Source: Candidatus Omnitrophota bacterium
GTDB taxonomy: Bacteria; Omnitrophota; Gorgyraeia; Zapsychrales; Zapsychraceae
Direction: 5' to 3'
DNA: 64,000 nt
Assembly (NCBI GenBank): GCA_050250375.1
Contig: JBFWOS010000001.1
Location: 407,090-471,089 of the forward strand
Part shown: positions 39,936-48,870 of the stretch, piece after piece
Position numbering within the stretch: position 1 is the first letter of the stretch
How the letters are laid out: each line of letters starts with the position of its first letter
The notes under the pieces: generated by a model
The model's database searches: none
What the model saw: the letters and a program-made list of their open reading frames with translations, nothing else
What the model was told of the DNA's origin: nothing
Translations under genes and position numbers: made by a program

Positions 39936-40403
39936 ATGACGAATGAAATGAAAGTTGCTCAAAAGCTTAAAGTTAGGAAGAAAACCCTGGCTCTGGCCGA
40001 ATCTTGCAGCGGAGGGTTGCTTTCCCACCGTTTGACCAATATCCCGGGCAGTTCACAATTCTTTTTTGGAGGGGTCGTCTGCTACAGCAACACATCCAAA
40101 ACCAAACTTCTTGGCATTCCTAATATGATCATCAAGTCCAAGGGTGCCGTCTCAAGTGATGTTGCTATATTGATGGCCAAAAATGTGAGGAAATTATTTA
40201 AGTCTGATTATGGCGTTGGAATAACGGGGATCGCCGGTCCGGATGGAGGCTCAAAATCAAAACCAGTCGGACTCACTTTTGTTGCTGTAGCCTCCTTAAA
40301 CGAAGTCCTTTGCATCAAATGCCAATTTCAAACAAACCGTGCCTCCAACAAACAACATGCCACAACGCAAGCATTAAAATTACTAGATGAAATTATTCTT
40401 TAG
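39936..40403 (+). CDS. CinA C-terminal / PncC NMN amidohydrolase
   Basis: AESCSGG, IPGSS, YSN..K, GAVS, GITGIAGPDGG..KPVG; start taken at MTNE. Confidence 0.92.
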   Translation: MTNEMKVAQKLKVRKKTLALAESCSGGLLSHRLTNIPGSSQFFFGGVVCYSNTSKTKLLGIPNMIIKSKGAVSSDVAILMAKNVRKLFKSDYGVGITGIAGPDGGSKSKPVGLTFVAVASLNEVLCIKCQFQTNRASNKQHATTQALKLLDEIIL

Positions 40404-40417
40404 GCCTGCTAACTCAC

Positions 40418-42769
40418 TTGAAAAATCCTCTTGATTATAACAAACTACCGCACCCAAAAGAAAAACACCTATTTCTTTTAATAGTAATCCTCGAATTTCT
40501 TCAACTAATCTATTGCGTAATGTCTAACCGCCTGGTTGTTCACGACACATTTTTCCGTTTTTATATGCAATATTATTATCTCAACACCTATGTTAACTAT
40601 TTGGAATTTCCTTTTTGGATTCCTTACTTGACACATGGCACACTCGCGACTCCATGGCAAGGACTTGTAGGAATCCATGGGATCTTTAACAACACACTTT
40701 TTCTAACCGGAAATATTCTGAAATATGTTAATTTTTTACCCATATTCTATATGGGCGTTTTCTTTGACCGGTTAGTCCTGTTACTCGGAACATGGTATTT
40801 TTCAAAACGTTTATACAACTCCCCCCTAGTGTCATTCTTTGTTACTACCAGCATTTTAATTTCAAGCGTTTGGGCAAGTCAAATTCATCTCAATTTTCTT
40901 TTTTACTATGCAATCCCTCTCATCATTTATTTATTCCATCGTTTTCTCGAAACACAAAAATGGCGATATTGTTTTTTAGCGCTGAATCTTTTCAGCCTTC
41001 AATGTGTTGATAAACTGTTCTATTTCTTACCGGTTGTCAGTTTGACCATCTCATTGTATTTCTTTTTTTATGCCCTTCTTAATTTCCAGGAAGTGTCCAG
41101 CCACATAAAAAAAATTAAATTTAATTTGAATGGAATATTCTGTCTAGCTCTAGTTCTAACATCCGCGCTTGTCGTCTTTTATTTGGTTAAAATAGGCATG
41201 GCTGGCGATATCGTTAAAAATGTTTTTCAAAGAAATGAAGACGGTAGTGTTAATTTGAATATATTCCTCACTTACTCCCAAGATAATAGTCTAACGAAAT
41301 GGGCAGAACTTCTGCTTGGACTATCGATTAAGAACGACACCACTCTTTATTGCGGACTATTAATCCCACTAATGGCCTTATTTGCCCTCTCATTTAATTT
41401 AAACCGGAAAAGCCTCCCTTTGATTCTAACCGGTTTCACTCTTTTCTTATTTAGTCTTGGCTCAATCGTTTCCATATTCTTTTATCATAGCTGGCCGACC
41501 ATGAAATTTTATAGACACATATTCCAAATCGTTTCAATCGTTCGACTTTTTTTGTGTTTATTTTCCGGCTTCGGGTTCTTGAAATTATTTGAGTTTATCT
41601 TTTCGCAAACGCGCTCCCGTCTAGAATGTATATGGCTAGCAACTACCTCTCTTGGCGTTCTAATCGCTGGTTTGATTTTCTTCAATCAGGCAGGAAACAG
41701 CACCTACATTGTTGAATTCATCAAGCCCTTAACTTACGACACAGATTTAAACCTACTTGCTGGTAATAGCAGCCATTACTATTCATATTTTCGATTCTTA
41801 GGGATTAAGTATATTCTTTGTTCTTTACTGGTATCTTCGTTGTTATTCTTGAACAGGCCATCGAGAAAATGGGTTGTTTTTCTTTTAATTATATTTCATT
41901 TATTAGATGGATACATCTATACTCTAAAAGAATTTAATAACAGAACTGTAGCTATATCCCCCAAACAACTTTCACTTACCCAATTTCAACCAATAATTTA
42001 TAATAATAGGCGTTCTCAAGATGAGTTTTCATTATTTAACAGTCGTTTTGATCTGTTAACACCGGAGTTACTGTCCAAAAGCATGCTCAGCTGGAATATC
42101 CATGCGCTCATGTTTAATGACCCCTTTTATTCACAGCTAAGAACAGACCATTGGTTAAAACCGTATGATCAGTATACTACTATTGACCCGCTTGGATTAA
42201 AGAATGCAACAAAGAAAAAGTCTGGAATAACGGAAAATAAAATCCAATTCTTCCGGCAAGCATACTGCTCGGATAGCACCAAGACATCAAGAGTCATGGC
42301 CCTCCCAGAAAACGATGGCAACAATTTATTTCTCGAGTGTTTACCCGACGAACCTCCAACAAATCTTCTCAGCAAAGATTGGGAGGTACAATCAGCATTG
42401 AGATCAAATGACAGACTTTCTCTTTCCCCCATTATAAATTTTTTCAGTTCTAACAGAATTGAAATTGAAGTTTATAATCCGAGTAAACAACCCATCTGGC
42501 TCTTTTATAGTGATGTTTGGCACCCGTTTTGGAAAGTACAAGTCAATCATAAGGATTCACCTCTTTACAAAGCGGATATAGCATACAAAGCTGTTTTACT
42601 TGTTCCTGGGACTAATAAAGTCCTTTTCTATTTCTCTGCATCCACTTGGAGACTTCTAACCTTTTTAATTATTCTTAATTCTTTTTTTTGGTTCTGTTAT
42701 ATAATTTATTTATTAAAGTCTACAATTTTCCAAAATGACTCTGAAAAGGCAAAAAAATTACATCTGTGA
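40418..42769 (+). CDS. YfhO-like polytopic membrane protein (putative GT-C glycosyltransferase)
   Basis: Many TM helices; N-terminal PFWIPY..HG motif; C-terminal YSDVWHPFWKVQVN...ADIAYKAVLLVPGTNKVLFYF plus a final TM, as in YfhO-family proteins. Confidence 0.7.
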   Translation: MKNPLDYNKLPHPKEKHLFLLIVILEFLQLIYCVMSNRLVVHDTFFRFYMQYYYLNTYVNYLEFPFWIPYLTHGTLATPWQGLVGIHGIFNNTLFLTGNILKYVNFLPIFYMGVFFDRLVLLLGTWYFSKRLYNSPLVSFFVTTSILISSVWASQIHLNFLFYYAIPLIIYLFHRFLETQKWRYCFLALNLFSLQCVDKLFYFLPVVSLTISLYFFFYALLNFQEVSSHIKKIKFNLNGIFCLALVLTSALVVFYLVKIGMAGDIVKNVFQRNEDGSVNLNIFLTYSQDNSLTKWAELLLGLSIKNDTTLYCGLLIPLMALFALSFNLNRKSLPLILTGFTLFLFSLGSIVSIFFYHSWPTMKFYRHIFQIVSIVRLFLCLFSGFGFLKLFEFIFSQTRSRLECIWLATTSLGVLIAGLIFFNQAGNSTYIVEFIKPLTYDTDLNLLAGNSSHYYSYFRFLGIKYILCSLLVSSLLFLNRPSRKWVVFLLIIFHLLDGYIYTLKEFNNRTVAISPKQLSLTQFQPIIYNNRRSQDEFSLFNSRFDLLTPELLSKSMLSWNIHALMFNDPFYSQLRTDHWLKPYDQYTTIDPLGLKNATKKKSGITENKIQFFRQAYCSDSTKTSRVMALPENDGNNLFLECLPDEPPTNLLSKDWEVQSALRSNDRLSLSPIINFFSSNRIEIEVYNPSKQPIWLFYSDVWHPFWKVQVNHKDSPLYKADIAYKAVLLVPGTNKVLFYFSASTWRLLTFLIILNSFFWFCYIIYLLKSTIFQNDSEKAKKLHL

Positions 42770-43482
42770 ATAATATGAATTTCCTTCAAATCACTAAACG
42801 CATCTTACTGTTGAGCGGAATAATATTATTTTCTATTACAGTCGTTACATTGTACTTTAGCATGACCATAAATGTTCCCCCGATCCTACTTATCAAAACC
42901 TTTGTAAATCAAGGTTATGTTTTGCACCATAACCTGGTACGCCCCTGCTCTGCATTTACTTTAAATTTTAATATTTATATATATTTTGTTTTGTTCTTTT
43001 CTACAGCTATTGCATTCATTTTCCAAAAAACTATTGTCAGAAATCTTGAGTTCACCTTTCAACAATTTATTTTTTGTATAATAAGCGTCTTATTCACTTT
43101 AGTATCTATGAACCAACTGTTTAACTTTCAATATTATTTTAAGTTCGAACAACAATTATTCGGAAACAAATCTCTTAGGGAAAAAAATTCTAATCTTTAT
43201 GAGGGAATTGTTTACAGATACTCCATCTTTTGTCATAATTTTATAAATGGCGCCCAAAATGCTCAACTAATTACTGATCTGGATCTGAACCGAGAACCCG
43301 GCATGCTGGATCACCGGATGCTGGCGTATTACCTATATCCGATCGACATCCGTAATGTCCGAAGAAAAGCCCCCGACTACCTGCTATTCTTTATGAAAAG
43401 AAACGCCAGCGATCATGTCCCTGATAACTTTAAAATAATCGCTGTGATAAATAAGGATAATTTGATCGCAAAAAGAAAATAA
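42766..43482 (+). CDS. Uncharacterised membrane protein, module partner A1
   Basis: About 3 TM plus a soluble C-domain with TDLDL..EPGMLDHRMLAYYLYPIDIR; paralogous to A2 and A3. Confidence 0.8.
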   Translation: MNNMNFLQITKRILLLSGIILFSITVVTLYFSMTINVPPILLIKTFVNQGYVLHHNLVRPCSAFTLNFNIYIYFVLFFSTAIAFIFQKTIVRNLEFTFQQFIFCIISVLFTLVSMNQLFNFQYYFKFEQQLFGNKSLREKNSNLYEGIVYRYSIFCHNFINGAQNAQLITDLDLNREPGMLDHRMLAYYLYPIDIRNVRRKAPDYLLFFMKRNASDHVPDNFKIIAVINKDNLIAKRK

Positions 43483-43485
43483 AGC

Positions 43486-44871
43486 ATGGAAACGTTCATC
43501 CTAATACTGAATACATTAATCTTCCCAACGGTCTTCGGCTATTACCTCATCTGTTTATTGGATAACAACCAACCCTTCCCCTTCTCAGTCAAAATTGCTA
43601 TTGGATACGGCCTTGGTTTAGGTTGCCTTACCCAGTGGATGTTAATTTTATGCACCCTAAATATCCCTTTATCTTTTACAGTAGTTATTTCTCCCTTATC
43701 AATTCTCCTAATGTTTGTCTTCATAAAAATTAAATGCAAAAAAAGAATCTTGGGACCAACGGACGAACAATCTCAGGGGCTAAAATTAAATTTCTTATCA
43801 ATTCTACTCACAACCTATATACTTTTGTGTCTTGTATTTATTTTCTGGAGGACTTTCAACATACCTTTGTCTACGTGGGATGCATTTTCGTATAATGGCT
43901 TTGTCGCAAAAGCCATTTATTTTGAAAAATCATTATATTACTTGCCTAATATGCCTCATTACGAATACCCCCTGCATGCCCCTTTTATGCAAGTCTGGGC
44001 GTCCTTGTGTCTGGGGGAGTGGAACGATCTCTTTATCAATATTTTCTTCCCCTTTTATCTTCTCTTTTTCTTGGTTTTCTTATTTTATTTCTTAATTCAA
44101 TTTACTAGCCGTACATGGGCACTTCTCGGCCTAGCGCTTATTGTTTCTTCAAACTTATTGGTTCAACACGCTAGTATCGCGTATCGAGACATCCCGTTAA
44201 TGTACTACGTTAATATTTCGTTGTTGCTTTTAATTCTCGCCAATAAAGACGACGGATCGCGGAAAAAATTATTTTTATCCGGATTAATGGCGGGTATCGC
44301 TACTTCTGTCAAATTGGACGCTACAGGATATATCGTGGTGTTAACCTTTATCTTGTTATTCATGCTCTTTCTGAATAACTCAACCGCCACAAAACAAAAG
44401 ATTATTAATTTCCTTCTTTTTACTGTTCCTTGTTATTCGATCTTACTTTTCTTCAATATATATAAAATTCTAGTTGTGGAACCCAAAGCGCCTCAAATAA
44501 CTGGAGAAAAATTGAGCTTTGATCTTTATTCAGTCAAACTCAAATTCGGTGTTGAAGCACTAACACGATTTAATACCGTTGTAGCGAGAATCATGGACAA
44601 CTTATTCTTAAGCGGGAATTGGGGAATTGTTTGGATAATCTTCTTTTTTAGCTTGGTCCATTTACAAAAGGCAGAAAAATCGCTTGAAATAAGAATACTG
44701 TTAGTGGCGTTAATTGCCTTTTTCGGTTTACAAATAGTCGGGTATACGTTTACCCAATATTATTATTGGATTGCCGACACACATACGTCATTATCCCGGC
44801 ATTTACTCAGCCAGTTTCCTATTGTTGTTGCTCTAATTATACTTTTAAATGGACAAAAAATACAACCATAA
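43486..44871 (+). CDS. GT-C-fold (PMT/ArnT-like) membrane glycosyltransferase B1
   Basis: Polytopic; motifs STWDAF...AKAIY, YPLH, LGEWND, AYRD, KLD, GNW, LSRHLL shared with B2 and B3. Confidence 0.7.
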   Translation: METFILILNTLIFPTVFGYYLICLLDNNQPFPFSVKIAIGYGLGLGCLTQWMLILCTLNIPLSFTVVISPLSILLMFVFIKIKCKKRILGPTDEQSQGLKLNFLSILLTTYILLCLVFIFWRTFNIPLSTWDAFSYNGFVAKAIYFEKSLYYLPNMPHYEYPLHAPFMQVWASLCLGEWNDLFINIFFPFYLLFFLVFLFYFLIQFTSRTWALLGLALIVSSNLLVQHASIAYRDIPLMYYVNISLLLLILANKDDGSRKKLFLSGLMAGIATSVKLDATGYIVVLTFILLFMLFLNNSTATKQKIINFLLFTVPCYSILLFFNIYKILVVEPKAPQITGEKLSFDLYSVKLKFGVEALTRFNTVVARIMDNLFLSGNWGIVWIIFFFSLVHLQKAEKSLEIRILLVALIAFFGLQIVGYTFTQYYYWIADTHTSLSRHLLSQFPIVVALIILLNGQKIQP

Positions 44872-44876
44872 CTCGA

Positions 44877-45752
44877 TTAAGACTTTACCAACAATAAATT
44901 CACATACCTTTCGCCGCGACACATTTCAATAATCTCTTCATTTTTGCATTGCCCGATGGTTCGTTCATGATCGTTGATTACAGAAATCTTAAATCCATGC
45001 TCCTCGATCAATTTAAGAAACTCAATCGGTTTAGACCGATAATGCGTAAAAACATCCGGAAAAAACTCGCAGAAAATAACTAAACTCTTATGACGGCTTA
45101 AAAAACTTTTCATCCCTTCGAATGCCAAAGGTTCCGCCCCTTGAATATCCATCTTGATTACATCGTATCGTTCATCAGTTTTAAAAAACTCGTCTAATTT
45201 TATTGACTGCACAGTAAAGGATGTCCTCTGATCACCCGAATCAAAAATTCGATGATCCCCTCTATTCTCTTCACAAAAATATAACTTTAACTCCCCCTTT
45301 AAATTTGATACCGCGCCCTGAAATACAGTCACATTTGCACATAAGTTTACATCTATATTTTTCTGAAGCAACCGATAGTTTTCCGGGTCCGGCTCAAACG
45401 CTGTTACGTGGCCTTCTTTACCAACCCATTTGGAAATTTGTAACGTATGATATCCTATGTTGGCTCCAATATCCAATACCTTCATGCCCGGCTTTATATG
45501 TTCTTTCATTAATGTTGTTTCATAGTCCTCTAGGGTGGCATATTTCCAAAATAACATGGCTGCTATTCGGTCCATTGTGTTTCCGTACATTATTTGTCCA
45601 CGGACAACGACCGCTAGATCTTTCCTTCGTTTCAATATTTTGGCGAGCATTCTTAGAAAAGGCCTAAACCAAGCTTGACGGGACAAAACATACAAGACCC
45701 TGAGGATAAAATAGACTGTCGACTTAAAGATGTATGCGCCGGTTATTTTCAC
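44877..45752 (-). CDS. FkbM-family SAM methyltransferase
   Basis: VLDIGANIGYH, AFEPDPEN, IKMDIQGAE. Confidence 0.92.
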   Translation of the reverse strand: MKITGAYIFKSTVYFILRVLYVLSRQAWFRPFLRMLAKILKRRKDLAVVVRGQIMYGNTMDRIAAMLFWKYATLEDYETTLMKEHIKPGMKVLDIGANIGYHTLQISKWVGKEGHVTAFEPDPENYRLLQKNIDVNLCANVTVFQGAVSNLKGELKLYFCEENRGDHRIFDSGDQRTSFTVQSIKLDEFFKTDERYDVIKMDIQGAEPLAFEGMKSFLSRHKSLVIFCEFFPDVFTHYRSKPIEFLKLIEEHGFKISVINDHERTIGQCKNEEIIEMCRGERYVNLLLVKS

Positions 45753-45791
45753 TGAATAGGAGAATGATAGATCTTTGTTAATTGAATGCGC

Positions 45792-45845
45792 TGTACTATA
45801 TTGGAAATGATAACCCTTGTCAATAAAATTGTGCTGGCCTATAAT
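45792..45845. promoter_or_regulatory. Bidirectional sigma70 promoter cassette, copy 2 (FkbM on minus, A2-B2 on plus)
   Basis: Same TTGACA-17-TATAGT / TTGTCA-17-TATAAT layout; 45 of 54 nt identical to 39875-39928 by manual ungapped alignment. Confidence 0.75.
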
Positions 45846-45875
45846 GATTTAAATCGTATTAAAAACAAAGAAAGC

Positions 45876-46586
45876 ATGAACAGATCCATTCTAAAATATT
45901 ATATTGCCCTCAATATACTTACTTTTTATCTTTTATTGAGCGGCCTCGCATTATATATGAAACTTCCAGAAAAGCATCTATTTGGTTTTCTGACAGAAAC
46001 TTCGTTCAAGCCGCACCAAAATATAATGCTCTATGGACAATTAAATCATATCCCCTTTCCAATATTCTTGTATGTTGCCATATTTGTCTTAACCATCATC
46101 TTATGGGTTTTTAATCGAGTGATCCATTCTGCGAATCCGAACAACTATCCTCTCGACTGCGTTCGGACTTTTTTCCTAATAAGCACCCTGTCAGTATTCA
46201 CGTTTCTATTAATAATACAAACAATATGTATATCTAAGGTTTGGGGCAAGTCTTTCGAACTTTTCGCAAATAAGACGGAAGTTGAAAAATTTCATGGATC
46301 AACCGTACAACAAAGCTTAATTATGGCTGAATTCTGTAAAAAATTCGCTCCTGGCACACAAAAAGCCAAATTCGAGACTGACCTGGATATCACGGAAGAT
46401 CCGGGCATGTTAATTCACAGGAGCTTTGCCTTCTACCTCTATCCCATTGATATCCGAAATATTTACCGCGGCGAGCCAAATTTATGGATTGCATTTCAAA
46501 AAAAAGAGGCAATTCGACATGTCCCCCGCGGATACAAAGTCCTCGGCATATTGGATGACCAAAATATAATAGCCATGAAAGAATAA
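45876..46586 (+). CDS. Uncharacterised membrane protein, module partner A2
   Basis: Start moved to MNRSILK (downstream of the promoter); TDLDITEDPGMLIHRSFAFYLYPIDIR. Confidence 0.8.
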   Translation: MNRSILKYYIALNILTFYLLLSGLALYMKLPEKHLFGFLTETSFKPHQNIMLYGQLNHIPFPIFLYVAIFVLTIILWVFNRVIHSANPNNYPLDCVRTFFLISTLSVFTFLLIIQTICISKVWGKSFELFANKTEVEKFHGSTVQQSLIMAEFCKKFAPGTQKAKFETDLDITEDPGMLIHRSFAFYLYPIDIRNIYRGEPNLWIAFQKKEAIRHVPRGYKVLGILDDQNIIAMKE

Positions 46587-47962
46587 TGGATTTGCTATCG
46601 GTTACATTGTATTTATTAATCCCAACCACGTTGGGGTATTTCCTCGTAACCCTGCTCAGTTGGAAAACCCCCCTTCCATTCTTCGTAAAATTTATGCTTG
46701 GATATGGCATTGGAGCTGGCCTTTTAACCCACTGGGCGGTTATTCTCAGTTATTTCAAAATACCTTTTTGTGCAGTGTCAATCAATGTTCCGATCTTAGC
46801 CGTTACTTTACTTCTCTTTTGCTTAATTGCCAGAATAAAAAACAAGCCAAACTTAAAATTACTCAAATACAAACTAAAATTCGATACTATAAATTCCATA
46901 TTTCTCTTATTCAGTATTTACATTATATGTTTTATTTTTTGGTCTGGCACAAATATACCTATATCCGAATGGGATACCTATTCCACATTGGGACTAAAAG
47001 CAAAAACCATTTATTACGACAAATCCTTGAATTATTTACCGTATATCGGAAAATTTAATTACCCCATTCACTTAGAATTAATGCTTGCCTGGCTTTCATC
47101 TTGCCTTGGATACTGGGACAACACTGTCATAAAATTCGTTTTCCCAATGTCCTGCCTGGCCTATCTGGTCATACAGTATTATTTCTTAAGGCACTTTACT
47201 TCTGCTCGTTGGGCCTTATTTAGCATCGTATTACTTTTGTCTTCAGCATTTGTCGTTTATCATTCTTATATTTCATACCGGGACATTACCATGATGTTTT
47301 ACAACTGCACAGCCATTCTCTTAATTATTCTTTGGTATAGTCAAAAGCAGAATATGTATCTTGTCTTGGGAGCATTATTCTCAGGAATGACATCATTTAT
47401 AAAATTGGAGGGCTTCGGATATCTTGGCATTCACAATCTTCTGGTTTGGATGCTTATGTATTACATAAATTTTATTGACACGAAAAAAAAGACTAAATTA
47501 ACCATCCTGTTTGGAACCATCAGCTTCGGGATGTATGCACTTTTCATGTTTTATCGAAAACTTTACATCCTTCCTTTTGTACCACCGGAATTGCTTAATT
47601 CCGAACATTTTAACCTTTCACACCTCACTTTAAACCTCTCTGCCGACACTTTGTTCAGGATAAAAATCGTTATGAGACGCTACATCACGAACTTCTACTT
47701 AACCGGTAATTGGTCACTTGTATGGTTGTTTTTTCTTATCAGCGTTCTCCAAATATCAAACAAAAGAATATCTATGGAAATTAAAGCGTTTTTCTTTGTT
47801 TTAGGATTATTCTTTGTGGTATATCTTTTTTCTTATATCTTTACACAACATTACTTGTGGGTTGCATTTAAAGCCGATGTATTATCCCGATCTTTGCTCC
47901 ATATTTTCCCACTCATCACCATTTTAATTCCTTTATTAAATGTCCCGGAAGAGGTGAATTAG
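46586..47962 (+). CDS. GT-C-fold membrane glycosyltransferase B2
   Basis: SEWDTY...KAKTIY, YPIH, LGYWDN, SYRD, KLEG, GNW, LSRSLLHIFP; TAATG stop/start coupling to A2. Confidence 0.7.
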   Translation: MDLLSVTLYLLIPTTLGYFLVTLLSWKTPLPFFVKFMLGYGIGAGLLTHWAVILSYFKIPFCAVSINVPILAVTLLLFCLIARIKNKPNLKLLKYKLKFDTINSIFLLFSIYIICFIFWSGTNIPISEWDTYSTLGLKAKTIYYDKSLNYLPYIGKFNYPIHLELMLAWLSSCLGYWDNTVIKFVFPMSCLAYLVIQYYFLRHFTSARWALFSIVLLLSSAFVVYHSYISYRDITMMFYNCTAILLIILWYSQKQNMYLVLGALFSGMTSFIKLEGFGYLGIHNLLVWMLMYYINFIDTKKKTKLTILFGTISFGMYALFMFYRKLYILPFVPPELLNSEHFNLSHLTLNLSADTLFRIKIVMRRYITNFYLTGNWSLVWLFFLISVLQISNKRISMEIKAFFFVLGLFFVVYLFSYIFTQHYLWVAFKADVLSRSLLHIFPLITILIPLLNVPEEVN

Positions 47963-48129
47963 GCCAATGGAGCGCCCCAATGAAACCTGGCCACCATTTT
48001 GCATCAGAAAAGTTAATTTCTTTACAAAATCTTGTTAACATAAATAATAGTGTTATAAAATTACCTTACAAATAATATCCAAAACCCAATACAAAAATAT
48101 TAAACCATAAAGAAATCCGGGACATCGAT

Positions 48130-48870
48130 ATGTTCAAAATAGAAAAAAAAGATATCCTACTCACTTGCGCAGCATTCTCACTCTTTCTACTGCCAATTAT
48201 TTGCATGATGTCTTTCGCACTCGATATTCCTATTTCGACCGCAGTAACATTGATTCAGGCCAAACTATACAGGCCACATTTCAACATTTTTGAAGTCTAC
48301 CAAATTGGCGACGTTCATCCATTAAAAGCCCTATATATCGTATTACTTCTAACTGCACTCATTCTCATACTTTTCTACAGGATATCTCTTCCTAACAAAC
48401 TTTCAAAATATGCCCCACAACTTATATTTCTTACATATCTTCTGGGAATTCTAACAGTTGCAACCTTAAACTTTGTCATGCGAATAAAATATTATAAACA
48501 TGACCTGAAACTTTATCATGGAAAAACCTTAGATGAAAAAAACTTTCTTTTAAACCATGAGCCTTATCTTTTTGTTGAAAAGGTCCGGAATGTACTATCC
48601 GGTCGTCATAGTGGAGAATTCATCACAACCGAAAATCTTCTAGAGGATCCCCACATGACAACACACCGGATACTGTCTTTTTACCTCTATCCCATTATTT
48701 CATTACGTCTAGACAACAATACCCCAAAAGACATATTTATCTACTATCATACTGATGATTCTCGACTAAGGATACCTAACGATCAGAAAATACTGACCAC
48801 TTCCAATGACCTTAGTCTTACATTAACAATCAAAAATAAGGATTCATCCATACGTGATATTAATTTCTAA
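48130..48870 (+). CDS. Uncharacterised membrane protein, module partner A3
   Basis: GKTLDEKN...TTENLLEDPHMTTHRILSFYLYPI. Confidence 0.8.
   Translation: MFKIEKKDILLTCAAFSLFLLPIICMMSFALDIPISTAVTLIQAKLYRPHFNIFEVYQIGDVHPLKALYIVLLLTALILILFYRISLPNKLSKYAPQLIFLTYLLGILTVATLNFVMRIKYYKHDLKLYHGKTLDEKNFLLNHEPYLFVEKVRNVLSGRHSGEFITTENLLEDPHMTTHRILSFYLYPIISLRLDNNTPKDIFIYYHTDDSRLRIPNDQKILTTSNDLSLTLTIKNKDSSIRDINF

Noticed and set aside
48030-48063. Possible dif site (TTATGTTAAC on the minus strand)
   Set aside because: Spacer length and the XerC arm do not fit the 11-6-11 consensus.
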